A stretch of DNA of 64,000 nucleotides from Chlorokybus atmophyticus. Its lineage: Eukaryota > Plantae > Mesostigma and Chlorokybus algae. The notes under the pieces were generated by a model that saw only the letters and a list, made by a program, of their open reading frames with translations, was not told the DNA's origin and searched no databases. The position numbers and the translations under genes are program-made. Within the stretch, counting starts at the first letter, position 1, and every line of letters starts with the position of its first letter. The stretch is taken from contig RHPI01001715.1 of assembly GCA_009103225.1 (NCBI GenBank), positions 516,099 through 580,098 on the forward strand, written 5' to 3'. Shown piece by piece: positions 35,229-49,278 of this stretch.

Positions 35229-37773
35229 ATGGAGATGACGAAGGAGTGGCTGAGGCGGCACTGTCGGGATGCAGGGCTGTACGTGACGCCGGCTCTCAAC
35301 GACAAGCTCTACCTACACCACAAAGGCTTCGCACGCATCGCCAACCTCGAAGCCTACACAGTATGCATGACACCACTAATGTTGCTGTAACGTGCACGAG
35401 TTTGGAACCATCATTAACACGACGCAAACTACCATTGTCAATGAAGAATGTCATCAACAGATGGTCACGCGGAATGGAATGAGAGTGACGATTTGACCTA
35501 TCTACTCACAATGTGCATTGAATGCCACCTGTCAATTCACGTCAAATGTATCCATGCATCTGTGGTTGACTCTCACTCCCGATTAACTAAGTGTCACGCA
35601 TGTACTGTGGCACACATTGTGTGTTTGGGGCGCCAGGGCCTGAAGGCGCTGTTTTTGGAGGGCAACTGCATCAGCAGCCTGGAGGGCCTGCTCCACCTCA
35701 AGGACCTCGCCTGCCTGTGAGACGAATGCATGCATCAGAGACAACTCCATGTCTTGGGAGTGAAACTGTCGTGCGCCACACTCTATGTGCGCATGCGTGT
35801 ATAGAAGGAATATGAGGGTGTTGATGCAGGTACATGCAGCAGAACATGCTGGAGTCTCTTGACGGCATCGAGCATCTCCCCGCACTCAACACCCTCAACG
35901 TGAGGTACACGGTAGCGTTGTTGTTGTTGTTGTTATATTGTTGTTGCTGTTGACATTGACAACCCCACACAACCACACAGCAATAACCAGCTGGTGCACC
36001 TACGCGGTGTGTCGCGCGCCCCGGCCCTCGCCACCCTGCAGGCCCCCTACAACCGCCTCGCGAAGGACGTCCACGCCAACCTCGGCGAACTCGCACACTG
36101 CCCCAACCTCACGTAAGAAAGGATTGTATCAGAGTGTATAGCATACGCAACCACAACAACAATAACAACAACATGCCACAGGGTGCTGGACTTGTCTCAC
36201 AATCACATTGAGGACGGTGACGCCCTGCTGGAGATCCTCAAGCAGATCCCGAGCCTGTCCGTGCTATACTTACAGGTAAGGCTTTGGCACGTTCGCCATG
36301 TGGGACACTAATGGTGACCATTGGGTAGACATCTGAGCTGCTTCTCATCTCAACTACGCGTGCAGGGTAACCCTGTAGTGTCCAAGATTCAACACTACCG
36401 AAAGACACTGATCTGCGCACTCCCGAACCTAAAGTACCTCGACGACAGGTGACAAGCGTAGTTTGTTACGTTGATTGAGTCGTTGCCCGTCGTTGCAAAA
36501 CACACGCACCCACACACCGATACACATGCACGCGCACACAGGCCTGTGTTTGATGGTGAGAGGCTTTGCGCTCTTGCGTTTGCGAGCGGTGGCGTGGAGG
36601 CCGAGCGTGCCGAGCGCGTGCGGCAGCGGGAGGAGGAGGAGGAACGGCAGCGGAGAGAACTCGCCGCCATGCGAAGGTGCGTACTAATCTGAACTGAATA
36701 GAATCTTGTGCATATCAGTCATCCATCATGATGACTAGCTAAGCGTGAGCGGGGTGATGAGATGTACGAGAAGAGTGGAGCGCAGCGGGGTCTGGATGAC
36801 TTGTGCGTGCTTGCGTGCGTGTGTGTACGTTGTCATGTATGTGGGTGTCTTTCTTTGCGTGTACTCGTGTGAACGCTTGCGTGCGCGCCTGCGTACGCAC
36901 GCACGCAAGCATGCACGCACGTACGCACGTGTGTGTATGTGTAATGTGTAATCGGGCCAATGCTGATGCGTACACCCACATAGTTGAGTCTGCGCTTTCT
37001 TTCATTGTTGATGGGTGTAATGTATGTACATCTCTCTCTCAGCTGGCGGGATGAGGGCATGCGCCGGCGCGAGGAGCTCAAGAAGGCCGCCGATGCCAAC
37101 CACGACACATCCGAGTCAGACTCCGACAACGACGACAACAACAACAACGATGACGACGACAACGAGCCTCCGGAGCTCATCGCAGCCCGCGCACGCCTAG
37201 CCAACGCCAACACTCACGCCGAACAAGACGACGACAACGATGACGACAACAACACCTACGCTCATATTGATGACGTGATCGACCGTGAGATTGATCGGAT
37301 CCATGACGACCCCGCGAGCCTTAGCCGAGGTGGACTTGATGTGGGTGATGTAGATGATGTGGGTGATGTGGGTGAGGGTGTGGGTGTGGGTGTGAGTGAG
37401 AGTGAGGGTGGGGTGGATGAAGGTGTTGTCCCGCCGCTTGAGGATGGGGATGGGGAGAGCGAGGGGATTGCTGCGGAGGCTCCAGTGAGGCCACTAACGG
37501 GACGACGTGGGGAAGAAGAAGGAGGACAAGAAGGTGGAGAAGAAGGTTCCAAGGAAAACGTGCTCAAGGCTGTCATGAACCTTGGTACGGAAGTTTGTTT
37601 GCTCAATGTTCGTTGTTTGGACATCTTGTTTGAGCTAGTTGTGTTAAGTTTGAGCGGGTGCACATGCAGTTAACGGAGGATGCAATGGCGCAGCGGAGTT
37701 GGATCCAAAGAAGCGGCGAAGTCGAAAGCAAGAGGACATGTCAAGCTCGTTATCTTTTGATGACATCGACTAA
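35229..37773 (+). CDS. DNAAF1: Dynein axonemal assembly factor 1 (LRRC50/ODA7), LRR protein, multi-exon
   Basis: [10 protein letters not shown]...[39 protein letters not shown]; LRRs; [51 protein letters not shown]; acidic C-terminus. Confidence 0.92.
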
Positions 37774-38716
37774 GTCACGTCCTCGCTGGTTATTGACTAT
37801 CAACTAGTCTTTGAGGTGCTATTTGCATCTTGCACAAGGATGGTTGTAAAATATATTGCCCTCATTGCTACGTAATGCACATAATGCATGTGCATGGTTG
37901 AGGGCGATTTTATGTTTGTATGTGTAAGGTATGGGTTGTACTGTTCGTGCTCAGGCCTTGTTACAGACGACAGCACAGACAACACACACGCATCTCAACT
38001 ATGCTGCATACACACAAACACGCGCGCGCACCCAACAGACTATGCATGAGTGCGTGCGCGTGCGTCCTGCGTGTCTTGTAATACGCATTGTGTTTGTTAT
38101 TCACATATATTGATATTTTACCATGTCAACGGTAACAGTTGTTAATAAAAAGCCGTGTGTGAATAATTTGATCACATGAGCTTACGCTCATGACGCAAGC
38201 GTCTTGCTGCTTCACAGTGTCATTACTGCCAAAGTTGTGTGATGGCAGCACTGACACTTGGTTGAGCTTACAACACGTTAGCAAGGTAACATAGTTATCA
38301 TCATCTAGCAGCCACACTGTTTTCACTTGATAATGGTCATGCTAGTCCTTTGACACAACTCTTGCCTCAAGTGAACGGCATACAACCAAGGCAACTTCAA
38401 ACTTTGTATTTATACAATGGGTAATACTTGAACTGGTACAAACATCTGTTGAATCTAGTGGCCCAATTCAGTGCACATTGCGGGTTCATATGGGATCCCA
38501 TGCCTGCTGCATAAGCTATGCACAACTTGTTCTATGCCACAACATGGCGAGAGGCTTGCTTGCTCGTGTGCCACTGGTTATGTTGGGTGACCTGCTGCTA
38601 TTCTGCCTTGCAACATGCTGTACTGGACCAGGTGGTAACATGCACCAAAAGGGTGACACAAGTACTATGCAATGCCTGAGAAAGGCTTACAGCACGGCAA
38701 ATCAATGAGGGACAAC

Positions 38717-41700
38717 CTACTGCAGTCCAGTGTAGCCTGCATGTTGAGTTCCTTGCTGCTCTTGATGGTACTGTGCATAGCCATTCGTGCTCTGCACAGC
38801 GGATGGTGGTCAGCATGAGAACGCAAAGGCGATGCATGCAGCTACTGGCAATCATGCACTGCGCATATGCGACATGAAACCATATCTGTAACGTCCCTGT
38901 AAGTGGACACCATGCTTGGACTTCTCAGCCTTACCTGTGAATATGCCTGTTGTTGTTGCGATTGAGCGGCCTGCGCTTGATAGTACGCTGCCCAGGCATC
39001 AGCATGTGCGGCACTACCTTGCTCTGGCGCAATCTGCAAGACTTGTGCCTGTCCCTGAGGTTGCTGCACATGTTGTTGCTGTTGTTGTTGTTGTTGCTGC
39101 TGCTGTTGCTGATAGTATGCCGCCCATGCAGCCTGGTTCGCATCTTGGCCTTGGACAGCGCCTTGTACCTGAGCACTGGGCTGTGCTGTCTGATCTTGGT
39201 AGCCTTGGTAAGCCTGTTGCTGATACTGCAACTGTTGTTGAGTTTGCAACGGCTGCGCGGGAGCCTGCTGCTGAACTGGCTGCTGGGCGTAATAGGCTGA
39301 GTAGTCTGGTGGTAAGGGAGGCTGGGCTTGCACAGCCTGGGCATACTGAGCAACAACATCACACTTAGCGTTGAGACATCATTGTGCAGTGACACTCTCA
39401 ATGACCACTCGCTTGCACACCTGCGTAGCTTGTGCCGGTTGCTGTGTCTGTGACGCTTGTTGTTGAGCGTATGCATACATGTAAGGGTTCTGCACACCCT
39501 GTGAAGCCTGTGGCTGCTGGGAGGATGGTGTGGAGCCGTACTGCTGCTGAAAGTGCCCCTGCTGTGAAGCTGCTGTCGCCTGCATGTGCGAAGGAGTCGG
39601 CTGCTGGAACTGACTGTACCCAGAAGGTTTGGCCTACAATAACATGGGATGAGACAATGTTCGAGCAGACAATAAGAACAAGTGGTTGAGATGGCATGAC
39701 TTACAATATTGGCCAAGGTCTTTTTGGAAATCTGGGTGCAACATATCTAGCGGACAGTGTAGCTACCAAAAGGAACGGCACTTTGCAATCTCGCATACCT
39801 GCATTGCCGAAGGCATCTGCTGCAATCGCGCAGCTGCTGGTTGCTGTGCAGGGTGTTGATAATGGGCAGTCTGTACAGGCAACTGCACACCAGGTCGCCC
39901 CACCTCCAGCTGTTGCGCGTGATAGCCGGCTGGATGACGCTGAAGATGCGCGGCTTGAGCCTGCGCACGCGCGCGAGCCTTAGCTTCTGCGTCTGCTCTG
40001 GCAGCCATTTCCGCCTCAGCACGTGCTCTCGATTGCGCGGCCATGTAATCAGCCTCAGCTTTCATGCGTGCCTGTTGCTCGTAAGCTGCCTGAGCTTGAG
40101 CGCGAGCACGAGCTTGTGCTTGCACCTCCAAAGCTTGGGCCTGCTTGACACCAGGACCAATTTCATCAGGCACACTGCATGATTAGTATAAAATCCATTA
40201 TACGGTACACATACCGCTCGTGCCCGCGCTTCCATGTCTTGTCGTGCGCGGAAGGCCTGCTGCAGAGGGAGAAGAGAAAAATGCGTATTGAGCCCCATAT
40301 TGCCCGTCACACTGTCAGTCAGCAGTCATGCTCCGTCCACATGCATGCTGTACCTCAGCTGCTTGTCTAGACTGCATGTGAGCTTGTGCTTGAGCTGCGC
40401 GTCGCGCATCTGCTTGCCGCATGAAGAGTTCCGCTTGCGTTCGGCCTGCCAAATTATTATAATTGCTTGGCAACAACAAACATGTACCTTTGCAGCTTTC
40501 ACATTACGCACCATTATAGCGTAGCTAAACATCTCATGGTACCAACTTGGGCATTCAAACATGGCAGCAACTAGCACTTGTGAGGTAAATCTGAGCCCAA
40601 CAGCTTGCCAGCAGAATGACACTGCTGGGAGAAGGTCATGACAACAAACATGTTGCAAGTACTTGATAGTGCACCTGTTGGTGGCGCAAGCATTGGCGGC
40701 CGAGCTGGGCCAGGCATGGAAGGAAGGGGTCGTGCATAAATCGCAGGTCCCAGCACAGGGCGAGGCATACCTACCGGAGGAGGTGGGCGTCGCGGTCCCA
40801 ATGGCATTTGACCTGGCATGCCACGCCCCATTGGGTTGCCCATGGGCCGACCCGTGAAGGATGGCCGGACATACTGCACCCATCCCACATTGGCTTGGTA
40901 AACATTGTGATACCATCAACTGTGGAATGAAGATGCCAAAGCGCACATCAACTGCAAATATGTTCAGACGTACCGGACCAGGGAAGCGTGCATCAGGCCT
41001 TGGCCCCATCAGCAACCCGCCTGGTCCAACTCTCGTTTGCGGAGGAGCATGACGTATAGGTCCACCTGCCAGGATACAACATGACGCAGAGGCGGGCATG
41101 CAGTAGCACATGCCCCTCTTGTGTTCTACATCCTTGGAAGAAAAGCATGCACCGACGGTGACTACTAACAGGAAGTGACATACAGACAAAGCTTGTGGCT
41201 TTGCGTGACAACATGCACCCAGCCCATGGCCACAGAAGCTAAACAGCAGGTTCATCACTACAAAGCAGAGCATAACTCCAGGCAAGCTCGTTTGAGCAGC
41301 TCAGAAGGCATACCTCGCAGCATAGCGTCTGGGGAAGCACGTCGTCCAAAGCCCTCCTTGAACGATGGATAAGTTGGTCTGATCTCGCCCAGTTTCTACA
41401 CACACATGCACAACAGGAGATCAGTTGTCAGATCGAGATGTGGCAGTACATGTGAATTCAATGCATCAGGGTGCCAGCTTTGCAACGTCTATGCCGGCGC
41501 ATGCCTGAATAGTCAGCCAACACACAGGTCATGCATTCCTTGCAAATAGAACATACCGCGCGCGTGCGCCTTGCAGGATTTGCAAAGCTCAAATGAAGCT
41601 GAACTCCATCCATCATGTTGCGAGCACGGAAAGCTGCAAACATGTGAGACGTAAGGTTGGATGACTGGATATGAAGGAACTTGGAAACAAAAGGCTGCGG

Positions 41701-44591
41701 AACCAATGACACTGCTAGCCAATGGCTGTACCCAGCGACAACATGAGACCATGACATCCCCCACCATTCCTCTCAGCCACCCCAACAACCATGTGCTGTG
41801 ACAGGCATAGACGCGACTGACTGGTTGCATACAAACGCTTGAAAGCAAAGAGGCATGGAACCGCCAGTGGCCCGCAGCCCAAACTCACCCTTATCAGCAT
41901 CAGCCGAATGTTTATACTCCACAAAGGCAAAGCCACGTGGCTGCCCATTTTCGTTGACAGGAATACTAACAGGATTGACGAGCGAGCCATGCGCCTTAAA
42001 GATGTCCTCTAATGTCTTCTCAATGCCAGATTTCTGTGTTGCCAGAATTGGCAATTGAATGATTGCATGACAGACTACGAGCTCAACCAACACAAAGATG
42101 AAGGCAGCTTGTTTCAAGTTCACCAATTCACACTGGCAAACCAGAAACACAACACAGCCGTACTCTCTCTGCTGTCAACCAACGCCGTCCTGAAACCAGC
42201 AGACTGCACAGTGACAACACATGCCTAGAACACATGCCCCAACCGAGCACGAGGCAGCATTAACGCAAAGCAAGAACCCTATGATTATACAAACTTCATG
42301 CGCTGTAGGCCCAGAAGTGCACTTGTGGAAAGCTACACTCAAAGGCCTTGAAAAGTAGTCCACCTTTCAACATTCAACATAGTTCAGCAAATGGATATCG
42401 CACAACTTGGATAATATGCCCATGACATGAACCGCAAAGCCACCATCATCAGCTTCTGACCCATACTCAATGACATGTCATGACAGCAACCACAAGCGCA
42501 TTCGACAGCAAGCAGTTGCAACAGAAATAAGGCCCAGCATAAAGAGCCTTACCGGCTGTCGAGGAAGTCGGTCGACAAACAGCACCGTTGAGAAGTATGA
42601 TTCCACTGTCTTGCCATCGTACCAGTCAACACGCATGGCATGTTCCTTACTCTGAGTTAGCTGCGTGTCATTTTTTGCTGCAACAGCCTGCAGGTTGACA
42701 AATGGTGACAAATGGTGCATCACGCAATCTATTGCATACCAGCAGCAAAGTGCTGTGCTTCAGCATCGCTGTGCTGTTGTCTATACCTGTGTGCGCAGGC
42801 GAAACTCCACAAACCCGTAGCCTTTACTTTGTTCGCGTGGATTTGCAACAACCTGTCAAGCAGAAGCTATGTAAAGACACCAGCACAATTACTGCAACAT
42901 CATGCCGAGATATAATTAGGAGAAGATCTGCCTAGCACTTACAAATGCGCGTTCGATGGCGCCATACTTTGTGAAGATGCCACGAAGCTGAGAATCGTCG
43001 ACATCAGTTGCAAGGTTGGAGACAAACAAGAATGAATCTAGAGCATGCAGCTGTATCTCCAGGGCTTTGATCTTGTCACTGGCTGCCGCCTTCTCTGCTC
43101 TCTCTCGAAGGGCTGACTTTAAGTGATTTACATTCTCAACTGAGACAGCTGCCGTTGGAGCGCGCTGAGCGAGGTGCACAGCGCAGACATCCTTGCCACT
43201 TTCAAAGTCAACGGAGACAGCCTCTGCCCCAAGCTCCGTGAACAACGCTGCAATGTCCTGTCAGCACGGCCATGGTTGGAGGTGATATGCAGTGATGAAC
43301 CTCGCAGACCTACAACAGTCCTACCACAAACGCAACTCATCAGAAGAGGTGACTCACCTCTTCTGACCAGTTGCCTTTAAGACCACTCAAACGCAGACAG
43401 ACTCTGCGATGCCAACTTTCAGGTATCGTCATCAACTCCCACTCTTCAAGAAATGACTGCTGCTCTTGCCCTGTTGTGCTGTGTGCATGGCCATTGGCAA
43501 CAGCTGCTAACGCCTCCTCCTGATGCGGGGATGTAGACGGTGAAGTACCTGCAGCAGGCTCCTGTGACACCAGCATATAAGCTAGGCTTGTGGTCCATTT
43601 CAGAGAAACGACACTACCACATGCCACCACCACAATGCAAACCTCTGATCTACCAGCCTTTGCATGGTACCATGGACAGCATGGCCCCAAGCCAGCACGC
43701 ACACAGCACCAACTGACCTCTTTTACTTGCTGTGCCTCTTGGTCTATGACATTCTCATCAACAGTTGCGGCAGGCTCGGCTTGAGGGTGAGTGCCATCAG
43801 CGTCATCAGTGGATGTCAGCTCTACGACACGATCAGCAACACTGGGGGTGACTGCTTCGCGCTTGACTATAGCCAAAAAATCCTCGTCTAGACCGTCCTG
43901 CAGAAGCAACAGCAAATGTTGCATGAGAGGACTGGATGCATGGGGGCTGTCACCGAGCACGCCGACTGGTACCGCTTTGTCAATTGTAACACCCAAAAAA
44001 CCACATGGCTACCTGTGCAATGATTGCTTTTGCACCTTGAGAGGGAATGCAAATAGCGGATGTGCGCTGCAAGTGGATATCCCAATGATTTGGACTAGAC
44101 GAGCTTGCTGAGCACAATGCACAGTGCACCATTGAAACTGCGATGCACAATGTGTCGGATAGCGCCATTGTGTACTGCAGCTAACATAAGACTTCTTGCT
44201 GCTAAACAAACACGGACACCCTCCGCAGCATGTCAAGAAGCCTTGGGCTATGGCACAAATCGACTCAGACAAGCAACGATGCACTCATGTGCAACAAATA
44301 CAGCAGATCCATCTGCCAGGAAGGCCACTGCTGTTGAACCTAACACACCACATGTAATGTACTGACTGCACATCTCACCGTTAACTGCGCAGCATTGCCG
44401 TTGGCTTTTGCTGACAAGTCAAGCTCCGCAGGCTCCACAGGCTCGGGCGGAGCCTCTGGCTCGGCTTCGGCGACGCCGCCGGCACTCGGTTCCACCTGCT
44501 GGCCAGCCTCCACCTCCGGCTGCAAGCCTACCCCTTCAGGCGCAGCCTCGCTCCCGTCCGTAGCATCCATGCTCCCGTCCGTGGCATCCAT
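38717..44591 (-). CDS. Raver1/2-like three-RRM RNA-binding protein with Pro/Gly/Met-, Ala/Gln- and Gln/Tyr-rich low-complexity tail
   Basis: LEIQLHALDSFLFVSNL..YGAIERAFV|VANPREQSKGYGFVEF; MRVDWYD..YFSTVLFVDRLP; NENGQPRGFAFVEYKHSADADK..LHLSFANP. Both ends are tentative. Confidence 0.75.
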
Positions 44592-45031
44592 ACCCACAGC
44601 AATTCAGCAAAGCTTGAGAGGAAGTAACAAGTCAACCTGGCCCCTCATAGCCGATCTCAAGGCCGCAACCGCCAATGCTGCCACCGCCGCCCGCCCTACC
44701 ACCGCCGCTTGCAGTCCGTTGCAAACCCTACGTCAACGACTTCCGTTCAAAGAGGAAGCCAACGGAAGCCAAAATTGCAACTTCCACCAGCACGCTACTA
44801 GTATTGCCGGAGAGAATGCCCCGACCTCTGGGCGCATGCGGACGACGGCGGTGACGGCGGTGACGGAGCCAGCAACCAGCTGGAGCAGGCGACTTAGAAT
44901 GCTGATAATGCGTCTTAACTGCAGTATATGTTGACCAAGCATTCTTGTGGCTCGTCTGGCCGCGGGTTGTTCACGTAGTTTTTAGGTTTGTCCACTGCTG
45001 CTGAGCTCAGCACGCCGCTGAGCACGTCAAC

Positions 45032-48000
45032 ATGGAGCCGGCCGAGGAGGAGCTATCGCTGCGTCTCTCTGCTCTTGGTTTGAAGGATGGAGCTGCCTTA
45101 ACTGAAAGCCAGAAAGCAGGTGAGGAGTGCTTGCTGCTTGTGGTTCAAGGGTCCCATCATCATGCTTGCTGAATTGGCCACATGCATAAAGAGGGTTGAA
45201 GGCTGAGCTGACGTGCGTCGCACAGCAAGATGTGCACGATCCTTCCTAGATTGAGGTACGTTGCTGATTTCTTATTGTTTGCGGCAGGTGCTCAACCCAG
45301 TAAGTCCGCCGTTGGACTGGTGTATGATGAGCGCATGACTGAGCACTGCACACCCTACCCTGAGCCACATCCGGAACAGCCGGTAAGCACTGGTCGTCAG
45401 GTTATCATTCACCATGCTATGGCCTCATGTCACTGACGCCTGCCCAGTGCATGTGACATGCATGGCAGTGTGCAGCTGACGTGCACACAGGCTTCTGCCG
45501 GTCAACTCGATGTGCCTGCTCACATACGCGACCAAGCTGCGCCCTGACACTGGGGTCATGTGCAGGCTCGCATAACCAGCATTTATGATAGGTTGGTAAG
45601 GGATGGACTTGCAGACCAGTGCATACGAGTGCCTGCGCGGCCGGCCACTGAGGAGGAGTTGCAAAGTGCGTGAGTAGCGTGTGCGAGTTGCCGCGACCAT
45701 GACCAGTCAATTGCTTGTATCTTCGCTTGCAGTGTAGCAGGCTCATCACAGGTGCACCGACAGGTTTGCATTCGCCAGAACATGTCAAGTTGATGATGTC
45801 TATCAGCGGAGAATATACTCAGGAAGAACGGAATGGGCTTGCAGAGAGCATGGACTCAATCTACCTCAACGAAGCGTCATCATCAGCAGCGCTTCTGTCT
45901 GCTGGCTCTGTCATTGAGGTAACACTTCAATCACTACTTGGCAAACCTTGTTCGCAAAGAACCGGTGCTCACAGACGGCTGCATGCTGACTACAAGTCCT
46001 TACAGAGATGTCGCACTGCAGGCTGCTATGCGCGTAGCAAACGGCGAGCTGCTAAGGTGCATTGCAGTTGTGCGCCCACCTGGCCATCATGCAGAGCACA
46101 AAGCTGCTCGCGGGTTTTGTTTGTACAACAATGTAGCACTTGCGGCCAAGCAGATACTGTTGAAGCAGGTCTGTGCCTTGGCCATTAGTGAAGGGTTGAG
46201 CTGTCAAGTGAATGTATGCTCGCTGACTTGATGGTGCAGGAGCTGGCGATTAAGAAGATCCTGATAGTCGATTGGGACGTTCATCATGGTATGTTGCATG
46301 CAGATGTCATGCATGCTGGCATGTTGCTTATTGGCGCTGTGCAGGGAATGGCATTCAGCAGATGTTTTGGGAAGATGCAGCAGTGTTGTACTTTTCAGTT
46401 CATAGGTGAGCTTGCATACACATGACTGCTGGCGCGGGTGCTCTGCGTAGAATTCCCATAGATATGTTGCAGGCCTTGCGAACATGTAGGCGGCAAATTG
46501 ACTTGTGTTTGTCAGGTACGACCGTGGCATGTTCTACCCATGCAGTCAAGAGGGCAATGCCGAACATGTAGGCGGAGGCAAGGGAGCAGGTTACAATGTC
46601 AATGTTCCATGGCCTGGAAGTGGATTTGGTGAGTCATTTGACAGGTGCTTACGGACTGCTGATGCATGCACCTGTGAGCACTCAGCCGTTGTCTAGTACG
46701 TGATGCTAGCTGCTTCTACGCCATGCAGGTGATGCTGACTACCTGTCTGTATGGCACCGAGTGCTGCTTCCAATTGCTTACGAGTATGCACCTGACCTGG
46801 TTCTTATTTCGGCCGGCTTTGATGCTGGTATGTGCCTGACATCGCAATACGGCTGCTGCAGCAGTGCACTGCCACTGCCACAGTGCTGTCTAGTCACTTC
46901 GGCAGCGGGCACATGCACCACTTGCTTTCATGTCACGGGGTCATTTGCTATACACGCGGTTCTTAGCTTCCCTCAAAGTAAATGCGTACTGTGCAGCTGA
47001 AGGTGATCCCCTTGGACGCTGCTGTTTGACGCCTGTCGGGTATGCGCATCTTACGCATGCACTGCTTGCCTTGGCATCTGGGCGTTGTATCCTCGCTTTG
47101 GAGGGCGGTTACAACTTGACAAGCATCTCTAATTCTATGGCGGCCTGCACCGCTGTCATGGTTGGCTATCCTGTTCCAGCCTGGCCAGAAGACGCTGCAC
47201 TGTCACCCAGGACGGCAGCAACTATTAATGAGGCAAGTTGTGAGCGTGCTTTGCAGCCTGTCTTATCAGCCATTGGTAACAAGTTCTGTTTGCAGGTGCT
47301 GGTAGAGCACGCAAGATTCTGGAGGTGCTTGGATCAGCCTCATCTCTTTACCACGTGGGTGAAGCAGAAACTCTCTGAGACCGGCAGCTCAGCAGTGAAG
47401 GCAAGGCAAATGACAGTAATTGCAAATGTGTGACTGTGGCGTGAGGCTTTCTGTCGTCACTGCAGGTTGTCTCTCAAGCTCTACAGCTTGCCGACAATAG
47501 CACACTGGAGTCTTGGACCGAAAACAAAGCCAAGGATTGGCTTGCAGACATGGCAAACAACACAGAGCCGTGGGCAGCAGTGAGAGCAGCGGCAAGCACA
47601 CTTCGGAAAAAGAAGATACCATCTGGGTATGTACTGCTTTATGTCGTGCCTTTTTCAGACCAGTCTGTTACCCTTGACATGTCACATCTGTCAGCATGTG
47701 TTCGGGCTGTTGGTGCCAGCTCAAGGCTGTTCCTCTCAACCTTGGCAGGCTAGCCAAGAGAAGAAGCAAACAGGCCGCAGTGCGTGAGCCGAAGGAGTTG
47801 TTGGACTCGAATGCTGCGCTTGTCCTGGACACTAGCACTGAACCATCGGTTCAGCCAATTGCAGTGACAAGTGGTGCGTCTGCTGCGCTTGATGAAGAAG
47901 AAGTTGAAGATGGGGTATCAACAGCCCAAGTGATGGGTGAGCGGAACTCACTCGGCTGAGTATTGGACCTCGCTGGTTCCAAGTCTTGCCCAAGGCAAGC

Positions 48001-49052
48001 ATCAAGTGAAACTGTAGTCCACATCCAGTTGCCTGCAGTGTTCACCACGGGTGCTGAGCAGGGTTGTCATTGCCTGTCTTGCGGATGCTATGGGTATTGT
48101 AAGAGCACACTTAGAGTGTGTGCTTTCTCCTACAGGCAATCAAGGAGATGCGCTTGGCAGCCCAAACTCACGAGTATGGGAGTTGAGCATGCTGGACAGC
48201 ACATACTGTTGGTATGCAAGCTATGGATCCAACATGTGGCAAGATCGCTTCATGTGTTACATTCAAGGAGGCCAAGTCGCAGGGATGACAAAACCTTGCA
48301 GAGGCTCATCAGACCAGAGGCCGCCTGTTGCAAAACTTACAAGGTCACCATGGTTTGCTTGTCGCCCTCTCTGATATAGTAGTATTAAGCTGGTGTGTGG
48401 AGGTGGGTGTGCACGTTTGCACTGAACATGTTCTTGCAATTCACAGGGTGATACCGCACCAGCTATTTTTCGCAAGGAACACCAGGATCTGGGGTGCAGG
48501 AGGCGCATGTTTCTTGGATCCTGTTCCATCAGCCTCCGCGGCCACACACATTGTCATGTACAAGATCACTCTGCGCCAGTTCAATGATGTCTTCATCCAA
48601 GAGAATGCACAGGCTACAGAAGCGCCTTTGTTGGATTTGACTGCGCTTACCGTCTTGCGTGCTATGCCAGCTCATGAAACTATGCACTTGTGCAAGGTAT
48701 GTGTGAACATCCGTGCAAAGGTTGTGCTATAACGGGAGGTTTTGTTCCTGAACAAGGCTGTTGTTTCCACTCGCTGCAGGGTTGGTATGGAGGGCTCAAG
48801 TATCTCACCGACGAAAGCGGGGCGCCCGTCATGACATTCACCTGCCCTCTTGCAGACATGAAATTGTACAGGGATGGTACTTTACCTCTTAACCCTCCAA
48901 GCGCAGCCTATGCTGCTGCCATTGCGCGAGGACTAGTGCATGGTGTGGGTCTGTCAACCGAGGAGGCAACCGAGTACGTGAGCACTCGTGCCGCACTCCA
49001 AAATGCTGATTTGCAGCGATTGGTAGACCAGGAAAGTTCTGCTAGAATGTAG
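45032..49052 (+). CDS. HDA5: Class II histone deacetylase (plant HDA5-like) with a C-terminal YASYGSNM (GGCT-like) domain
   Basis: [10 protein letters not shown]; HPEQP; [19 protein letters not shown]; [11 protein letters not shown]; GYNVNVPW; [11 protein letters not shown]; ALEGGYNL, with catalytic residues intact. C-terminal [21 protein letters not shown]...NPPSAAY. Confidence 0.93.
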
Positions 49053-49278
49053 CGGGTGCGACACTGCACTGCTTGCTAATGGCGTATAGATAAATATAAA
49101 TGTACCCACATGTGCGGGGTTGGGCTGCAAACATGCTAGGGTAGAAGCACATGCGTATCCTGCATATTGTGTACATAGCGTCGTGCACTGGCGCGCGTGC
49201 TTGACGTGCAAGTTGTAAATGCGCAAGTTTCTGATCATGTCAGCGACACTGTGAGAGAGGAGGGGGGGGGGGGGGGGG

